DNA of 64,000 nt. Origin: Myxococcota bacterium. Its GTDB lineage: Bacteria; Myxococcota; XYA12-FULL-58-9; JALHOP01. The position numbers and the translations under genes are program-made. Shown here piece after piece: positions 62,510-64,000 of the stretch (its first letter is position 1; every line of letters begins with the position of its first letter). Location of the stretch: contig JBGGMJ010000197.1 in assembly GCA_041288095.1 (NCBI GenBank), positions 1-64,000 of the forward strand, given 5' to 3'. The notes under the pieces are model-generated. The model was not told where the DNA came from. It was given only the letters and a program-made list of their open reading frames with translations, and did not search any database.

Positions 62510-63447
62510 CGCTGCACCGTGTAGTTCATGTTCATGTCCTTGCCGCGACGCTTGAGATCGATCTGAATCGACTGCGAGTCCTTGAGCTTGGCGTAAATCT
62601 CCAGCGCCTTGTCGGGGCTGTTCATCTCGTAGCCGTTGATCTTCGAGATGACGTCGCCGTTCTGCAGGCCAATCTTCTGGTAGATGCTGTTCGGCTTGAT
62701 CGAGAAGAGCTTGAAGCCGTTGGCCTTGCCGTTCTGGAAGCTCGGCACGATGCGCGCCTGGGTCGCGACCTCGTTCATGTCGCCGAGCGCCTTGTCGATC
62801 TCGCTACCGGCGATTGTGTACGACGTCTCCGACGTCTTGGTGACGCCTTCGCCACCACCCGACTCGTCGGTGGGCGCCGGCGCCGCGGTGATGACCGGCG
62901 GCGCGTTGCCCTCGGTGGAGCACAGCTCGAAGTGGTCGCGGCGGCGGATCACCACTTCGCGATAGCGGATGTCAACCAGGGTAGCGTCGTCGGCGATCTG
63001 ATTGCTGCCGGCGTTGATGGAGTAGACTTCCGGCTCGTGGGTCGTGTTCGACACCAGAACCGCGAGCGACCACTCCGGATACTCGCCCGACACCAGTGTC
63101 GCCGAGACGACCGCCGGAACGGTGCACGGCTTGAGATCCTTGCCGTCGAAGCTCACGGCGTCGGTGAGGGTGCCGTCCTCGGCGGGTTTCGGATTGAGCT
63201 CTTCCCGCTTCACGTTGAAGAGGTTGCGGCTCGCGATGGTGGTGAGCGGTACCTTCGGGCGCTGCGAGATCTGCGGACGCGCGCTCTGACTGGCGGCGAC
63301 GTCCTCGACCGTCGGCACCACGCGGATCGAGCGCGCGACGATGGCATTCACGGCGCCCGCGACGAAGTAGGCGGCAAGGCCGATGAACACCAGGTTCAAT
63401 CCCCAGCCGTAATCCTTGAGCAACGCTGCGATGCGGGCGCTAGACAT
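62506..63447 (-). CDS. gspC: T2SS protein C
   Basis: TM, RNLF, HR domain, and PDZ domain (GFKLFSIKPNS...GLQNGDVISKING). Confidence 0.92.
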   Translation of the reverse strand: MSSARIAALLKDYGWGLNLVFIGLAAYFVAGAVNAIVARSIRVVPTVEDVAASQSARPQISQRPKVPLTTIASRNLFNVKREELNPKPAEDGTLTDAVSFDGKDLKPCTVPAVVSATLVSGEYPEWSLAVLVSNTTHEPEVYSINAGSNQIADDATLVDIRYREVVIRRRDHFELCSTEGNAPPVITAAPAPTDESGGGEGVTKTSETSYTIAGSEIDKALGDMNEVATQARIVPSFQNGKANGFKLFSIKPNSIYQKIGLQNGDVISKINGYEMNSPDKALEIYAKLKDSQSIQIDLKRRGKDMNMNYTVQR

Positions 63448-63464
63448 CGGTAACTCGGTCTCAG

Positions 63465-63480
63465 AGCAAGAGGCGCGCCA
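63465..63480 (-). promoter_or_regulatory. sigma54 -24/-12 promoter of the gsp operon
   Basis: The reverse strand reads TGGCGCG-CCTC-TTGCT, ending 17 nt before the gspC ATG. Confidence 0.75.
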
Positions 63481-63605
63481 TAGCGTGAGTCATGCGTAAA
63501 CCGCCAGCTTTCGCCGCCTTCCACGTCCTTTTGACAATTTGGCAATTCACCGCGCGACGCGTCGTCGATTGCTGCCAAGTTGGCGAGCGATCTAAAAGGC
63601 CGCGC

Positions 63606-64000
63606 ATGCCATCCGCATTGCTTCTGGCGCTCGTTCTCGCGGCGCCGCAGACCGACAAAGCCCGCTTCGATACGCTCATCCACGCCGAATGGGAGTGGCT
63701 GCTCGAGCAGTATCCCGAGCTCGCGACCGACGTCGGCGACGCGCGCTACGACGACCGCCTCGTCGACCTGTCGCCCGAGGCAGTGGCGCGCCGCAAAGCC
63801 CACCCGGCCGAGTCGCTGAAGACCTTGCGGACCATCGACCGCGGCAAGCTCGATGCACATACCCAGCTCGACTACGACGTCCTGGCTTTCGACCTCGAGA
63901 CCAACGTGGGGTTGACGCGTTTCCCGACCGAGTACCTGCAGATCGACCACATCTACGGCACGCATACCGCCTTAGCGTCCTTGGCACAGACCGCCCCGCA
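63606..64000 (+). CDS. DUF885 family exported protein (partial, runs off the window)
   Basis: Translated by hand: MPSALLLALVLAAPQ...EWEWLLEQYPELATDVGDARYDDRLVDLSPEA. Confidence 0.75.
   Translation, partial: MPSALLLALVLAAPQTDKARFDTLIHAEWEWLLEQYPELATDVGDARYDDRLVDLSPEAVARRKAHPAESLKTLRTIDRGKLDAHTQLDYDVLAFDLETNVGLTRFPTEYLQIDHIYGTHTALASLAQTAP

Overview
This is a GC-rich chromosomal window, most likely from a Myxococcota/deltaproteobacterial genome. That placement is inferred from DUF507, several FHA-domain proteins, an FHA-sigma54 activator, MJ0042-type zinc ribbons and a T2SS with gspN. Most of the window is housekeeping or envelope genes: secA, class 3 asparaginase, dapD, lolA-ftsK, sfsA, dNK-glpK, a hybrid kinase, hflX, tlyA-xseB-xseA and a UGPase. 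It ends in a type II secretion operon (gspC-X-D-E-F-G-H-I-J-K-L-M-N) with a sigma54-type promoter, followed by a partial DUF885 gene. I saw no rRNA, tRNA, CRISPR array or mobile element. The main unexplained signal is a set of six scattered transcription units (seven genes, six of them without a recognisable family). Each is preceded by the same motif, G[GA]AAC-N13-15-(G)CCGATAA, which has a sigma28/FliA-type -10 box and a non-canonical -35 box; one copy has a weak -35. Their products lack signal peptides and mostly begin with disordered Pro/Ser/Thr-rich leaders. They include a 1045-aa annexin-repeat-like protein with a hydrophobic region, two related bilobed-hydrophobic proteins, a tandem paralog pair and an FAD-dependent oxidase. 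I interpret this as a candidate alternative-sigma regulon of type III/flagellar-type secreted effectors. All family assignments come from motif recognition by eye, with no database search.
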